Shown here in pieces: positions 9,485 to 19,124 of a DNA stretch of 64,000 nucleotides. The stretch is from IMG/VR virus record IMGVR_UViG_3300025121_000022; one strand, 5' to 3'. The notes beneath the pieces are model-generated. The model had not been told where the DNA came from. It ran no database searches and worked only from the letters and a program-made list of their open reading frames with translations. This DNA is from an uncultured virus (IMG/VR IMGVR_UViG_3300025121_000022). Its lineage: Duplodnaviria > Heunggongvirae > Uroviricota > Caudoviricetes. Positions within the stretch are counted from its first letter, which is position 1; the number at the start of each line of letters is the position of its first letter. A program made the position numbers and the translations under genes.

Positions 9485-9503
9485 GTTTTGGGAGGATAAA
9501 TGA

Positions 9504-9911
9504 TTGGCACAACAGTATTCGGATACGGTACGAAATGCACTTTTAGATATAATTGAGACGACGGTTGGTGCGTCTCCTGTGCTCAAGATCCGCACCGGTG
9601 CGCAGCCCGCAGACTGCGCGACGGCGGACAGCGGCACCGTGCTTGCGATCATCACTCTGCCGGCCGATTGGATGGCGGCAGCGTCGAGCGGCAGCAAGGT
9701 CAAGGCCGGCACCTGGAGCGATACCAGTGCCGACGCGGCGGGCACGGCTGCGCACTGGCGGCTCTACGCCAGCGACGGTACGACCTGCCACGCACAGGGC
9801 ACCGTGACCGCGACCGGCGACGGCGGCGACTTGACGCTTGACGACGTCACCATCGAGGCCGGGCAGACGGTGACTGTGACCACATGGACCTGGACGGCGC
9901 CGGGGGCGTAA
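9504..9911 (+). CDS. GC-rich Ala/Thr/Gly-rich virion structural protein
   Basis: TTG start with GGAGG SD; beta-rich, GTAAHWR motif; GC far above flanks. Confidence 0.65.
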   Translation: MAQQYSDTVRNALLDIIETTVGASPVLKIRTGAQPADCATADSGTVLAIITLPADWMAAASSGSKVKAGTWSDTSADAAGTAAHWRLYASDGTTCHAQGTVTATGDGGDLTLDDVTIEAGQTVTVTTWTWTAPGA

Positions 9912-9915
9912 GAAG

Positions 9916-11577
9916 ATGGCGTTTTTTCAGGCAGAAGGCAATTTGCTCGGAATTCCAAATGGGAATACAAACCCCTTGTCAATGACCACGATCATAGACG
10001 CAGCGACAAGAATCATTTTTTGTTTTATCAATACGCAAGGCGCGACCGGCCGAGCAGGAGGAGCGCCGTATTTTTCTGATGGGTTAGACACGTTTACACA
10101 AATCGACACGCAAAGAAAGGCCGCGTCTTCCCCGGAGGGAGTGCTTGAACTTTGGTGGACGACGACGACCACAACGGGGTCTAGGACACTTAATATCCCA
10201 AACACTGCGCTTAATACTTTGGGGTTTAGGACGCTGCACTTCTATTCTAACTCCGGTTATCCTGTGGTGTTGTCGTCATACACTGGCAGTTCTGGCACCG
10301 GCACGCCGGCGTCAGCGGTTCTTACTGTCACTGGCGCCGGTATGGGTTATTGCGCGGTGGCGTCTGGGCAAGGTGATATTTCTGGCGTTACGGCTATCGA
10401 CGGTACATTAAGTGGGAACCAAGACAACGGCACTCGGATCACAGCTCAAGAATATAATTTGTCTGTGTCGTCTGATTGGACTGCCGGCATCAACCATGCG
10501 AGCGAGGACTGGGCGCTTATCGCTTGTTTGCTGCGCGAAAGCGTCCCGTCCACCGGCACCTTCTCCAACTCCATCGGCGACATCTTCCTATCAGCCGCCG
10601 GCACCGTCGTCTCGAACGTCTCCACCGGCGCGCTGGCGCAGAGCATCGGCGAGATTGTTTTATCTTCCGCTGGAACGGTTATAACGGCTGGGGAAGCTTC
10701 CCCTTCATACACTCACTCAAGAAGAAAAAAGCCGTCTTTCAATAACAGCCAAAAGAAGAAAGAAAAGAAAGAAGAAGAAATTTTTGAAGTTCAGCCATCA
10801 ACACTAGAAAACATTGACTGGGCCTTTTATGACTGGGTTGATAAAGAACTCGACCTTTTTTGCAACACACAAGATGGATGGGAAAAAACTCCCGTTATCT
10901 GGTCTGATTCTGAGCGAGTTTTCCATATAAAAAATAACAAAGATTTAAGAGAGTCTTCTGGTTCTTTGGAACTTCCGTTAATATCGGTAAGAAGAGGGGA
11001 TATAGGGAGAAGTCTTACGGAAAAAGGCCAATTCTTTGCGAATTTAAATACTGATGAAAAAGGCGGAGTGGCTCGTTTTAAAAGACGCATAAAACACGAG
11101 AAAACCGCAAATCATCGAAATGAACAGTCTTTGGACGAGTATGGAAAAATAAACTTCTGGTATCCGGAGAATAGAGCAAAGAAGGTATTGTATGAATATA
11201 TAAACCTACCCCAATTTTCCTACGTCAACATAGAATATAAAATATCAATAAAAACAAGCCATATACAGCAAATGAACACATTGGTACAACCGTTTTTATC
11301 AAAACCGGGAAGTATTAATTATTTCGTCTTTGGCAGAGAAGGACACAAATATGAAGGATTCTTACCAGAAGAGTTTCCAACGGAAGATAATGCGGAGGGA
11401 ACTAAAGAAGAAGAGCGATTCTTTAAGACAACAATTACTGTAAAAACAATAGGTTACATTACAGAAGCAGGGGAAAACAGCAAGACACCTAAAATTAAAA
11501 GAGGCGAAAGTATCGTAGAAGTCAAGATTCCTAGAGAATATGTAATGTTAGATTGGGATGAGGACGAAGAAAATTAA
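9916..11577 (+). CDS. Fusion: beta-rich virion domain plus second gp15-like copy
   Basis: C-terminal ~265 aa align with 8648..9484 (FEVQPSTLENIDWAF...IPREYVMLDW). Confidence 0.7.
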   Translation: MAFFQAEGNLLGIPNGNTNPLSMTTIIDAATRIIFCFINTQGATGRAGGAPYFSDGLDTFTQIDTQRKAASSPEGVLELWWTTTTTTGSRTLNIPNTALNTLGFRTLHFYSNSGYPVVLSSYTGSSGTGTPASAVLTVTGAGMGYCAVASGQGDISGVTAIDGTLSGNQDNGTRITAQEYNLSVSSDWTAGINHASEDWALIACLLRESVPSTGTFSNSIGDIFLSAAGTVVSNVSTGALAQSIGEIVLSSAGTVITAGEASPSYTHSRRKKPSFNNSQKKKEKKEEEIFEVQPSTLENIDWAFYDWVDKELDLFCNTQDGWEKTPVIWSDSERVFHIKNNKDLRESSGSLELPLISVRRGDIGRSLTEKGQFFANLNTDEKGGVARFKRRIKHEKTANHRNEQSLDEYGKINFWYPENRAKKVLYEYINLPQFSYVNIEYKISIKTSHIQQMNTLVQPFLSKPGSINYFVFGREGHKYEGFLPEEFPTEDNAEGTKEEERFFKTTITVKTIGYITEAGENSKTPKIKRGESIVEVKIPREYVMLDWDEDEEN

Positions 11578-11615
11578 ACTTCTCTTATTTCTTCCGCGTT
11601 TTGGCCAAGAAATCA

Positions 11616-11623
11616 ACTATTTA
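11616..11623 (+). promoter_or_regulatory. Putative late promoter ACTATTTA
   Basis: Intergenic, upstream of tail sheath. Confidence 0.55.
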
Positions 11624-11678
11624 CTATGACCAATCTTAAAAAGGATTGGAGCTTTGAGCGCAGAGGAGAGAAAAACTT

Positions 11679-14513
11679 ATGGCGATTGATAAATTCCGCT
11701 TTATTTCCCCGGCGATTATGATTGAAGAGACCGATAATTCTCAGGTTTCCAAAACCGGGGTTCCTATTGGTCCAGCAATCATCGGTCGTGCAGAACGCGG
11801 TCCTGGTATGCGTCCGGTAAAAGTTAATTCTTTTTCGGAGTTTGTGGAGATTTTTGGAAATCCTATTGCCGGTGGTAAGGGTGGTGACGTATGGAGAGAT
11901 GGTAATTATACAGCTCCTACTTACGGCGCTTATGCTGCTTGGGCGTGGTTGAAAAACGAATCTCCCATTACTTATGTTCGTTTGCTAGGCGAACAGCATA
12001 CCAACGCTACTGCGGACGGAGAGGCGGGTTGGGCAACGGCTCTGGTAGAGCCTACAGTAGACCAAGCGACCAATGGCGGAGCCTATGGTTTATTTGTTGT
12101 TGCTTCTAGTTCTGTGGCAAATCACGGAAGTGCATCATTAGCTGCGATTTTTTATCTTGATGAGGGCTCTATTCGCCTAAGCGGTACGATGCCGAATGAC
12201 ACCGTTGTAGGTGCTTCCGGCTCTGGTGCTGCTGCTCTTGTGAAATCTCAAGGTGGAAATTATGAATTTAAGGCTACAATCGCGAATTCGTCTGGTACAG
12301 ATGTTCTGACCACGGCTTTTAATTTCTCTGATAATTCTGCGAAATATATTCGAAGAGTATTTAATACAAATCCGACTTTGGTGAATAACGACATTATTGC
12401 AACAGCGGGACTTAAAACTTATTGGCTTGGTCAAACCTTCGACAGGCATCTAAAAGATACAGTTGGTGCTGGTTCTGTTGCAGGTGATTGTTATGGATTT
12501 ATTATGGCTCTTGGCAGCGGCTCATATGATGGTGCAGACTATCGCATGGGTTCTAAAAAAGCTGAAACCGGGTGGTTCTTTGCACAAGATTTATCAACTG
12601 ATTATGCCTCTTACGATCCGGATGATATGCAAAAGTTGTTTAAATTTGTTAGCTTGGACGGTGGCGAATGGCTAAGCAAGAACATTAAAGTCTCTGTTGA
12701 AGATGTCAAATATAGCGAGAACTTAGATTATCAATATGGTTCATTTACAGTAACCATTCGTCAAAGCTCGGATAACGATGGGAAGAGAGTTGTTCTAGAG
12801 ACCTTCACGGGTTGTAATCTTGATCCCTCTTCTCCCAACTACGTTGCCAAGAAAATTGGTACAAAATATCAAACTTGGGATGAGACCAACAGACTATATG
12901 TGACCTATGGTGATTATACCAATAGAAGCAAATTTGTTTATGTTGTAATGAATGACGACGTAGACTCTGGTCTAACAGATGCGTCTCTTCTGCCCTTTGG
13001 GTTCTATGGCCCACTGCGCTGCAATACTGTTTCTTTGACTAGCGGTAGTGCACCGGGAGCAACCGCCTTTGTTAAAGGTATGGGTAGCGTGCCTCATTCA
13101 ACTTATGCAACAGTAGGTACACAAGCAATACATTCTGGGATTTCGGCATTTACTTGTTCTTTGGCCTTCCCCTCGGTTGCTCTTAGAACTACGGGGCTAA
13201 CAGGAAATTTTAGTTCTCCTAGAGATGCTTACTGGGGCATTGACACTTGTCAAAGCGGTTCTTCTGCGAAGTTTGAGAAGAGTTTTAAAGATTTGGTTTA
13301 TCCTCTGCCATCAGATCTAGATTCGTTTTCCGATGGTACTCTAACAGAGCATTCTTTTAAGTTCTCTCTGGATAACTTGAAGGTTGATCCGGCATCTTCT
13401 ACCAACGCTCTGTATGCTTCGACTTATAGAACGGCAGGTACTTCTTATACTGCCTCTGGTTCTGCTGGTTGGAAGACGGTTCTTGATTCTGGGTTTGATC
13501 AATTTACAGCTCCTCTGTTTGGTGGATTTGATGGTCTAGATGTTACCGAGAAGGAACCTTTTAGAAATACTTATCTAACTGGTGGCACAGAATTAACAAA
13601 CTACGCTTACAACACAATCCGTAGAGCGGTTGATTCCGTAAGAGATCCCGAAGTTGTTGAGTGCAATATTATGTCGATGCCGGGTCTTTCTAACGAAGGT
13701 CTAACTGGATATATTATTGATGCCTGCGAAGAAAGACGAGATTCTCTAGCTGTAATCGATCTGAATGGGGATTACAAACCTAGTGCAGAAAGCACCGACT
13801 CGGAAAGTTCTAGAGTTGGGACTGTTTCTACGGTTGTTTCTAATCTGCAGGGAAGAGGAATTAATAGTTCTTATGGTTGCACCTATTATTCTTGGGTGCA
13901 AGTCAGAGATACAATTAACGACGCTCTTCTGTGGGTTCCTCCTTCGGTTGTGGCAATTGGGGCTTTCGCCTATGGACAAAAGAATTCCAAGCTGTGGTTT
14001 GCTCCTGCTGGATTTAATCGAGGTGGTCTAACTGATGGTGCGGGTGGGATTCCTGTTGTTAACGTTCGTGCGAAACTGACCAAGAAAGACAGAGATAAAT
14101 TATATGAAGTGAATATCAACCCTATCGCTTCTTTCCCACAAGAGGGGATTGTTATCTTTGGGCAGAAAACACTTCAGACTACTCAATCTGCTTTGGACAG
14201 AATTAATGTCCGTCGTCTGATGATCTATCTGAAGAAAGAGATTTCGACAAGAAGCAAAGGAATCTTATTTGAGAATAACGTCCAGGCGACGTGGCAAAAG
14301 TTTTACTCTAAAGTAGAACCGCTTCTGGCTAGCGTGAAGTCTAACTACGGTCTAGAAGACTTTAGAATCATTCTTGACGAAACCACTACGACTCCTGATT
14401 TACGTGACAGGAACATCATGTATGCAAAGATTCTTTTGAAGCCTGCTAAGGCAATTGAATATCTGGCTGTTGAGTTTAACATTACTTCTAGTGGTGCATC
14501 GTTTGATGATTAA
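11679..14513 (+). CDS. Contractile tail sheath protein (gp18-like)
   Basis: FISPAI, WFAPAGFNRG, INPIASFP, GQKTLQ, DRINVRRL. Confidence 0.95.
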   Translation: MAIDKFRFISPAIMIEETDNSQVSKTGVPIGPAIIGRAERGPGMRPVKVNSFSEFVEIFGNPIAGGKGGDVWRDGNYTAPTYGAYAAWAWLKNESPITYVRLLGEQHTNATADGEAGWATALVEPTVDQATNGGAYGLFVVASSSVANHGSASLAAIFYLDEGSIRLSGTMPNDTVVGASGSGAAALVKSQGGNYEFKATIANSSGTDVLTTAFNFSDNSAKYIRRVFNTNPTLVNNDIIATAGLKTYWLGQTFDRHLKDTVGAGSVAGDCYGFIMALGSGSYDGADYRMGSKKAETGWFFAQDLSTDYASYDPDDMQKLFKFVSLDGGEWLSKNIKVSVEDVKYSENLDYQYGSFTVTIRQSSDNDGKRVVLETFTGCNLDPSSPNYVAKKIGTKYQTWDETNRLYVTYGDYTNRSKFVYVVMNDDVDSGLTDASLLPFGFYGPLRCNTVSLTSGSAPGATAFVKGMGSVPHSTYATVGTQAIHSGISAFTCSLAFPSVALRTTGLTGNFSSPRDAYWGIDTCQSGSSAKFEKSFKDLVYPLPSDLDSFSDGTLTEHSFKFSLDNLKVDPASSTNALYASTYRTAGTSYTASGSAGWKTVLDSGFDQFTAPLFGGFDGLDVTEKEPFRNTYLTGGTELTNYAYNTIRRAVDSVRDPEVVECNIMSMPGLSNEGLTGYIIDACEERRDSLAVIDLNGDYKPSAESTDSESSRVGTVSTVVSNLQGRGINSSYGCTYYSWVQVRDTINDALLWVPPSVVAIGAFAYGQKNSKLWFAPAGFNRGGLTDGAGGIPVVNVRAKLTKKDRDKLYEVNINPIASFPQEGIVIFGQKTLQTTQSALDRINVRRLMIYLKKEISTRSKGILFENNVQATWQKFYSKVEPLLASVKSNYGLEDFRIILDETTTTPDLRDRNIMYAKILLKPAKAIEYLAVEFNITSSGASFDD

Positions 14514-14542
14514 TTGTAATTACTTAGAGGAGAGGAAATAAT

Positions 14543-15079
14543 ATGGCTTTTTGGCGTGATGCAATAGGCGCGGACACTAAGAGAGCTTTTCGGTGGGTTG
14601 TTTATTTGGGCATCAGCGAAGTTCCCAGAATTGCCGCAAAAAAGATCGATAAGCCTAAATTTGAAGTCAATACAGTAGAACACCACTACATGGGGCACAA
14701 ATTTAAATTCCCTGGTATTATGTCTTGGCAGGACATTAGTGCTACTTTTGTAGACTTTGGGTTTGGTGATGATACGGTAATGTCTCTTTTGAAATATATT
14801 TCAAAGGCGGGATATCATCCTCCGATTAACGAATCCGATTTATCCAATTCTATGTCTAAAAGTCGTTCTGTGGCAAGTCTTGGTTTAATAAAGATTGCGC
14901 AGTTAGATGAGGAAGGTGGTGAAACAGAAACTTGGATGCTCCACAATGCTTGGATATCGGCAGTTAGCCCTTCAACATTGGATTATTCCAGCGATGAGCT
15001 TTCAGAAGTGGAAGTTACCATTGTTTACGATTGGGCAGAATTAAACACTCCTCCCACTCGTCAGCGCGTTTTCCCGTAA
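14543..15079 (+). CDS. Tail tube protein (gp19-like)
   Basis: KFPG..SWQDI, WMLHNAW, LDYSSDE, YDW; follows sheath. Confidence 0.9.
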   Translation: MAFWRDAIGADTKRAFRWVVYLGISEVPRIAAKKIDKPKFEVNTVEHHYMGHKFKFPGIMSWQDISATFVDFGFGDDTVMSLLKYISKAGYHPPINESDLSNSMSKSRSVASLGLIKIAQLDEEGGETETWMLHNAWISAVSPSTLDYSSDELSEVEVTIVYDWAELNTPPTRQRVFP

Positions 15080-15141
15080 TGTTTATTTCTTCTCTTCTTG
15101 CTAAAATCCTCACATTAGCCTATTTAATGTGCTAATCTAGG

Positions 15142-15370
15142 TCCCCTTTGAGACTTAAACCATGAACTCCTTAGCTAACACGGCTACTCAATTCCTGCCC
15201 ATGAGAGAGTTTCATTCTGGCCGTAAGGCCAGAACCAGAGCTTTCTTGACAGCAGGCTATCCCCGCCAAGGCGGCGGTTCTTTCATAAGTCGTAGTATAA
15301 ATCTTCGACACATTGTAAATATAGCACACGAAACCGACTTATGTGAGATATATTTTATGTGTTTGAAGGG
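15142..15370 (-). mobile_element. Non-autonomous mini-derivative of the TnpB element (promoter plus omegaRNA scaffold only)
   Basis: 15142-15281 matches 47636-47775 (8 mismatches in 140 nt); 15304-15332 matches 48893-48921 (26/29); tnpB body deleted. Confidence 0.85.
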
Positions 15371-15424
15371 CTGTAGACAGCGCAGCATGAGCATTGGCGA
15401 AAGTTCGCCAGAAGGTAATAAAAC

Positions 15425-16282
15425 ATGGCAACAAGAAACGACGAACGACTTTTGGGAGCGCATCAAAAAACAACAGAAGAAGATGTAGCTTTCAACCCTC
15501 CGCCAACACAAGAAAAAACAAGATGGTTTGATCTTCCTGTTGAGACGGAAACAATAGAAATCCCAAGTAAAGGAAGATTTTATCCAGAGGGGCACCCTCT
15601 GAAAGATGCTGAATTCGTTGAAATTTATCATATGACAGCAAAAGACGAGGATATTCTTTCCAACAAAGATTTATGGAAAAAAGACCTTGCAATAGATAAA
15701 TTTCTTGCTCATATCTTGGTGGATAAACACATAAACCCGAGAGAGCTGTTGGCTGCCGATATTAACGCAATTGTTATTGCTTCTCGGTCAAAATCCATAT
15801 CTCCGAAATATGAGTTTTCTTTGGGCTGTCCATCTTGTGGGCAAAGAGTTAATAGTTCCGTAGATTTGGACAGTTTTGAGCTAGCCCCAGGTATGCCAGA
15901 AGGGGACGAAGTAATTGTAAAAACCGGCCCAAAGACATATGAAATAGAACTTCCCAAAACCAAATGGAAAGCACAATTTCAGCTTTTAACCCGAGACGAA
16001 CAAAAAAAGATTAAGGAATTGACAAATCTTTCTGTGCTAGAAACTGCCGTTGTTTCCATTGAGAACGAAAAGGGGGAGAAGATAGCAAAGAATGACCCCA
16101 GGACTGCCGTATTCCTTCGTACAGCATTAGAAAAGCTTCCGATGGTAGACTCGGCCCATTTAACTTTTTGTTATTCTAAAGTGGCTCCTGATATTAAGAG
16201 AAAGTATCATTTTGCTTGTTCTTGTGGGTTCGAAGCGGACTCGGAGGTTCCGCTTGACCACAGCTTTTTTTGGAATAAATGA
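15425..16282 (+). CDS. Baseplate hub assembly / tail assembly chaperone (gp26-like)
   Basis: IPSKGRFY, MTAKDEDIL, CPSC, CSC, FFW end. Confidence 0.75.
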   Translation: MATRNDERLLGAHQKTTEEDVAFNPPPTQEKTRWFDLPVETETIEIPSKGRFYPEGHPLKDAEFVEIYHMTAKDEDILSNKDLWKKDLAIDKFLAHILVDKHINPRELLAADINAIVIASRSKSISPKYEFSLGCPSCGQRVNSSVDLDSFELAPGMPEGDEVIVKTGPKTYEIELPKTKWKAQFQLLTRDEQKKIKELTNLSVLETAVVSIENEKGEKIAKNDPRTAVFLRTALEKLPMVDSAHLTFCYSKVAPDIKRKYHFACSCGFEADSEVPLDHSFFWNK

Positions 16283-16466
16283 TGAATATGTGGAAAAGGC
16301 TTGGGAGGCGATGTTTTTATTGGCATATTACGGGAATATTTCGATATTAACGTCTTATAATATGTCTGTTGGATTAAGAAGATTTTTGATCGAGAAACTA
16401 TCTGCAAAGCTGGAAGAAGAGAAGCCAAAGAAAAATAGTGGCCCTCCCAGCTTTAATCATCCATAA
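16266..16466 (+). CDS. Chaperone extension likely reached by frameshift at T7 run
   Basis: Overlapping +1 frame FFGINDEYVE...YNMSVGLRRFLI without a well-spaced own start. Confidence 0.5.
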   Translation, partial: FFGINDEYVEKAWEAMFLLAYYGNISILTSYNMSVGLRRFLIEKLSAKLEEEKPKKNSGPPSFNHP

Positions 16467-16525
16467 ACAATAAGAAATCACTAATTATTTGAGAAAGAAA
16501 TCTTTTCTTTTTGGGAGAACTGTCC

Positions 16526-16861
16526 ATGTCAAAAGACCAAGAACTACAAGAAATTCGCATTAATTTAAATGAAAAAGATAAAATAAACGAGGATAGATTT
16601 ACAAGGTCTCTTGGTGTGGCAATACAGAATATTCTTAAAAGACTATTTGGGTCGGATTTTGCCATTCCTGTTAAAATTGTAGGGACCAAAGAGCAAGTAG
16701 ACTTATTTTCTAAGGCTATTGCTGGAGAAAAGGGCTATGTCGACTCCATAACAAAATATGGGCTAGACAATCCCAAGACATATGCAAGCAAATCTTGGCT
16801 TTCAAAGGCTGTTGATTCTTTTCAGAAGACAACAGGTATTAAGTGGCCTTTTGGGAAATAA
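16526..16861 (+). CDS. Hypothetical virion-module protein
   Basis: GGAG SD; ends TGIKWPF; precedes tape measure. Confidence 0.65.
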   Translation: MSKDQELQEIRINLNEKDKINEDRFTRSLGVAIQNILKRLFGSDFAIPVKIVGTKEQVDLFSKAIAGEKGYVDSITKYGLDNPKTYASKSWLSKAVDSFQKTTGIKWPFGK

Positions 16862-16864
16862 AAA

Positions 16865-19111
16865 ATGGCAACTAAATCTACCATATCTCAAAATGCTGTT
16901 AAACTTCAAGAAGAATTAAATTCGGAATATCTAAACTCTATCAAACACGAAAAAGATTTACTAGAACTAGCTCGGAACAGGGGAAAAGCGCTTGTTGAAA
17001 TTCTTACCTCGAAAGAGGAGCTTAATAAGCTTACAGAGCAGGAAATAGAGAAGAACAAGAAAGATTTAAAAACCCTGCAGGAATCTATCCCTCTCTTAGA
17101 GAAGAAAATAAAGCTAATAGAGCAATCGAAAGAGTCTTATGGACAATTATTTGATCTCTTCTTGGATACAAACCGAGAGATGACCCTTTTAGATAAAGTT
17201 ATTGTTAAAACGTTTTCTTTGTTTACTCAGCCAGGAAAAAGAAAAGCTATAATTTCGGGAATCAACGAAATCTCCAAGGGCATAAGCAATAAATTTGTAA
17301 GAGGGTTTCAAGAAGCAGTTATGGCGTCCGATGATGCTGCCGCTTCTATTGCGAAACTGACAGGCACAGGAAGAAAATTTATGCCTGTTATGAATGACGT
17401 TGTTCTAAAAGGTCAAGCTTGGGGTGTTGGCTTTGATCAAGCGGAATCTTCTATTAACGCTCTTTATTCTTCTATGGTGGACTTTAGAAAAGAAGGGGCT
17501 CAAATTCAGCAACAACTTATTATGTCCACGGGGAAGTTGGAATATTTGGGTATTTCTGCCGAAGAAAGTGCAGAATTTCTTAATCTTGCGACAAAGGCAT
17601 TAAATCAAACTTCCGAAGGCGCTCTCGAAATGCAAGAGAGCATGGTAAAAGCCGCTGTTTCCATGGGCCTTCCTCCGAAAGAAATGATTTCTTCTTTCTC
17701 TCGCGCAGCTCCAATGGTTGCCAGTTACGGGAACAGAATGACGTCTGTGTTTAAAAACATGGCAATTCAGGCGAGGAATGCGGGAACTTCTGTTGAAGAT
17801 CTGATGAGTGCTGCAAAGAAATTTGATACGTTTGAAGGGGCAGCAACGGCAGCGGGTAGATTAAATGCGATGTTGGGGCAAAACCTTGTTAATAGTGTTG
17901 ATTTGCTAACATTAGATTTAGATGAAAAACTTCCATATCTAATGTCGCAATTTGAAGCAACAGGGTTGGAGTTTTCGCAATTAACTCGTCAAGAACAAGA
18001 AGCCATTGCTGGTATTTTGGAACTAGATACGGCGACAACAGCAAAGCTATTTAATGCCGGTTCTGCTGGTCTTGAAGAATATAATGAACAACAGGCAGAC
18101 ATGAATAAATTGATTCAAGATGCTAGAACACTATCGGATAGACTTAAAAGCACTTTGGTTTCTTTGGGGAACACTATTCTTCCCCTAGTAGAAAAAATTT
18201 ATCCCACTTTAGAGAAGATAGTTACAACGATACAAACACTTGTTTCTGAACATCCAGGAGGGTTGTTGGCCATTTTTGGTGTTGCAACTGCCATAAAGGG
18301 AGTCGGCTTTTTTGGAAGTTTATTTATTAATTTAAAAAGTATTGCTTCTGTTCTTGGGGGGGGCGGCGCTGCTACTGGCGGCAGTACGGTTGCTGGAGGG
18401 ATGGCTAGCACCGGGGCTGCAGCTAAAGCGGCTGGTCCTAGTCTGTGGAGTATGGCGGGGGTTATTTTGGCAATTGGTGCGTCTGTGTGGATTGCTTCAA
18501 AAGGCATTTCGAATATTGCAGCTTCGTTTAAAGAATTAGACCCTGCTCAAATTTGGGGAGTTGTAGGAGCATTGGGAGCGTTTACGGTAGGTACAGGAAT
18601 TTTATTGTTTACTCTTGGCGCAATGGGGCCTGTTGGACTAGCGGCTATTGGCACATTGTTGGCTCTTTCTGTAACATTTGTTTCTTTTGGTGTTGCAGCA
18701 AAAGGTATTGGAGAAGCGGCGGAAGGGATCGGCATGATGGTTAATTCTTTAACCGGCTTTGCCGATATGGCCGGTGACAAGATGTTAAAGTTTTTTGATT
18801 CTTTTTCAAATATGAATTGGTTTAATATTGGAGCGGGACTTCTTTCAACGGCTTCTGGTGTGTCTGCTTTGGCCTTGTCGTTGGCCGGGTTTGCCATGAT
18901 AGGTGCTCCGGGTGCAGCTTTGTTGGGGGTTTTTGGCAAATCTATTTCTGGCCTTCGTTCTACTTCAAATAATTTTGATGGTGCGAAGAGAGGCGGAAGT
19001 GGGAAAGAGGTACATATTTCTCTCAATTTAGACGGCAAGGTATTTAAGAAGATTATTGTCGACACAATAAATGAAGAAATTAGAATAGACTCTAGGTCGG
19101 TTGCTTACTAA
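16865..19111 (+). CDS. Tape measure protein
   Basis: Long helical Ala/Gly-rich ORF with hydrophobic C-half; position in tail module. Confidence 0.8.
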   Translation: MATKSTISQNAVKLQEELNSEYLNSIKHEKDLLELARNRGKALVEILTSKEELNKLTEQEIEKNKKDLKTLQESIPLLEKKIKLIEQSKESYGQLFDLFLDTNREMTLLDKVIVKTFSLFTQPGKRKAIISGINEISKGISNKFVRGFQEAVMASDDAAASIAKLTGTGRKFMPVMNDVVLKGQAWGVGFDQAESSINALYSSMVDFRKEGAQIQQQLIMSTGKLEYLGISAEESAEFLNLATKALNQTSEGALEMQESMVKAAVSMGLPPKEMISSFSRAAPMVASYGNRMTSVFKNMAIQARNAGTSVEDLMSAAKKFDTFEGAATAAGRLNAMLGQNLVNSVDLLTLDLDEKLPYLMSQFEATGLEFSQLTRQEQEAIAGILELDTATTAKLFNAGSAGLEEYNEQQADMNKLIQDARTLSDRLKSTLVSLGNTILPLVEKIYPTLEKIVTTIQTLVSEHPGGLLAIFGVATAIKGVGFFGSLFINLKSIASVLGGGGAATGGSTVAGGMASTGAAAKAAGPSLWSMAGVILAIGASVWIASKGISNIAASFKELDPAQIWGVVGALGAFTVGTGILLFTLGAMGPVGLAAIGTLLALSVTFVSFGVAAKGIGEAAEGIGMMVNSLTGFADMAGDKMLKFFDSFSNMNWFNIGAGLLSTASGVSALALSLAGFAMIGAPGAALLGVFGKSISGLRSTSNNFDGAKRGGSGKEVHISLNLDGKVFKKIIVDTINEEIRIDSRSVAY

Positions 19112-19124
19112 CGAGGGCTAATCG

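Noticed and set aside
15162..15488. 108-aa ORF similar to the start of the 47656 ORF
   Set aside because: Similarity only reflects the mini-element DNA; not a credible gene.
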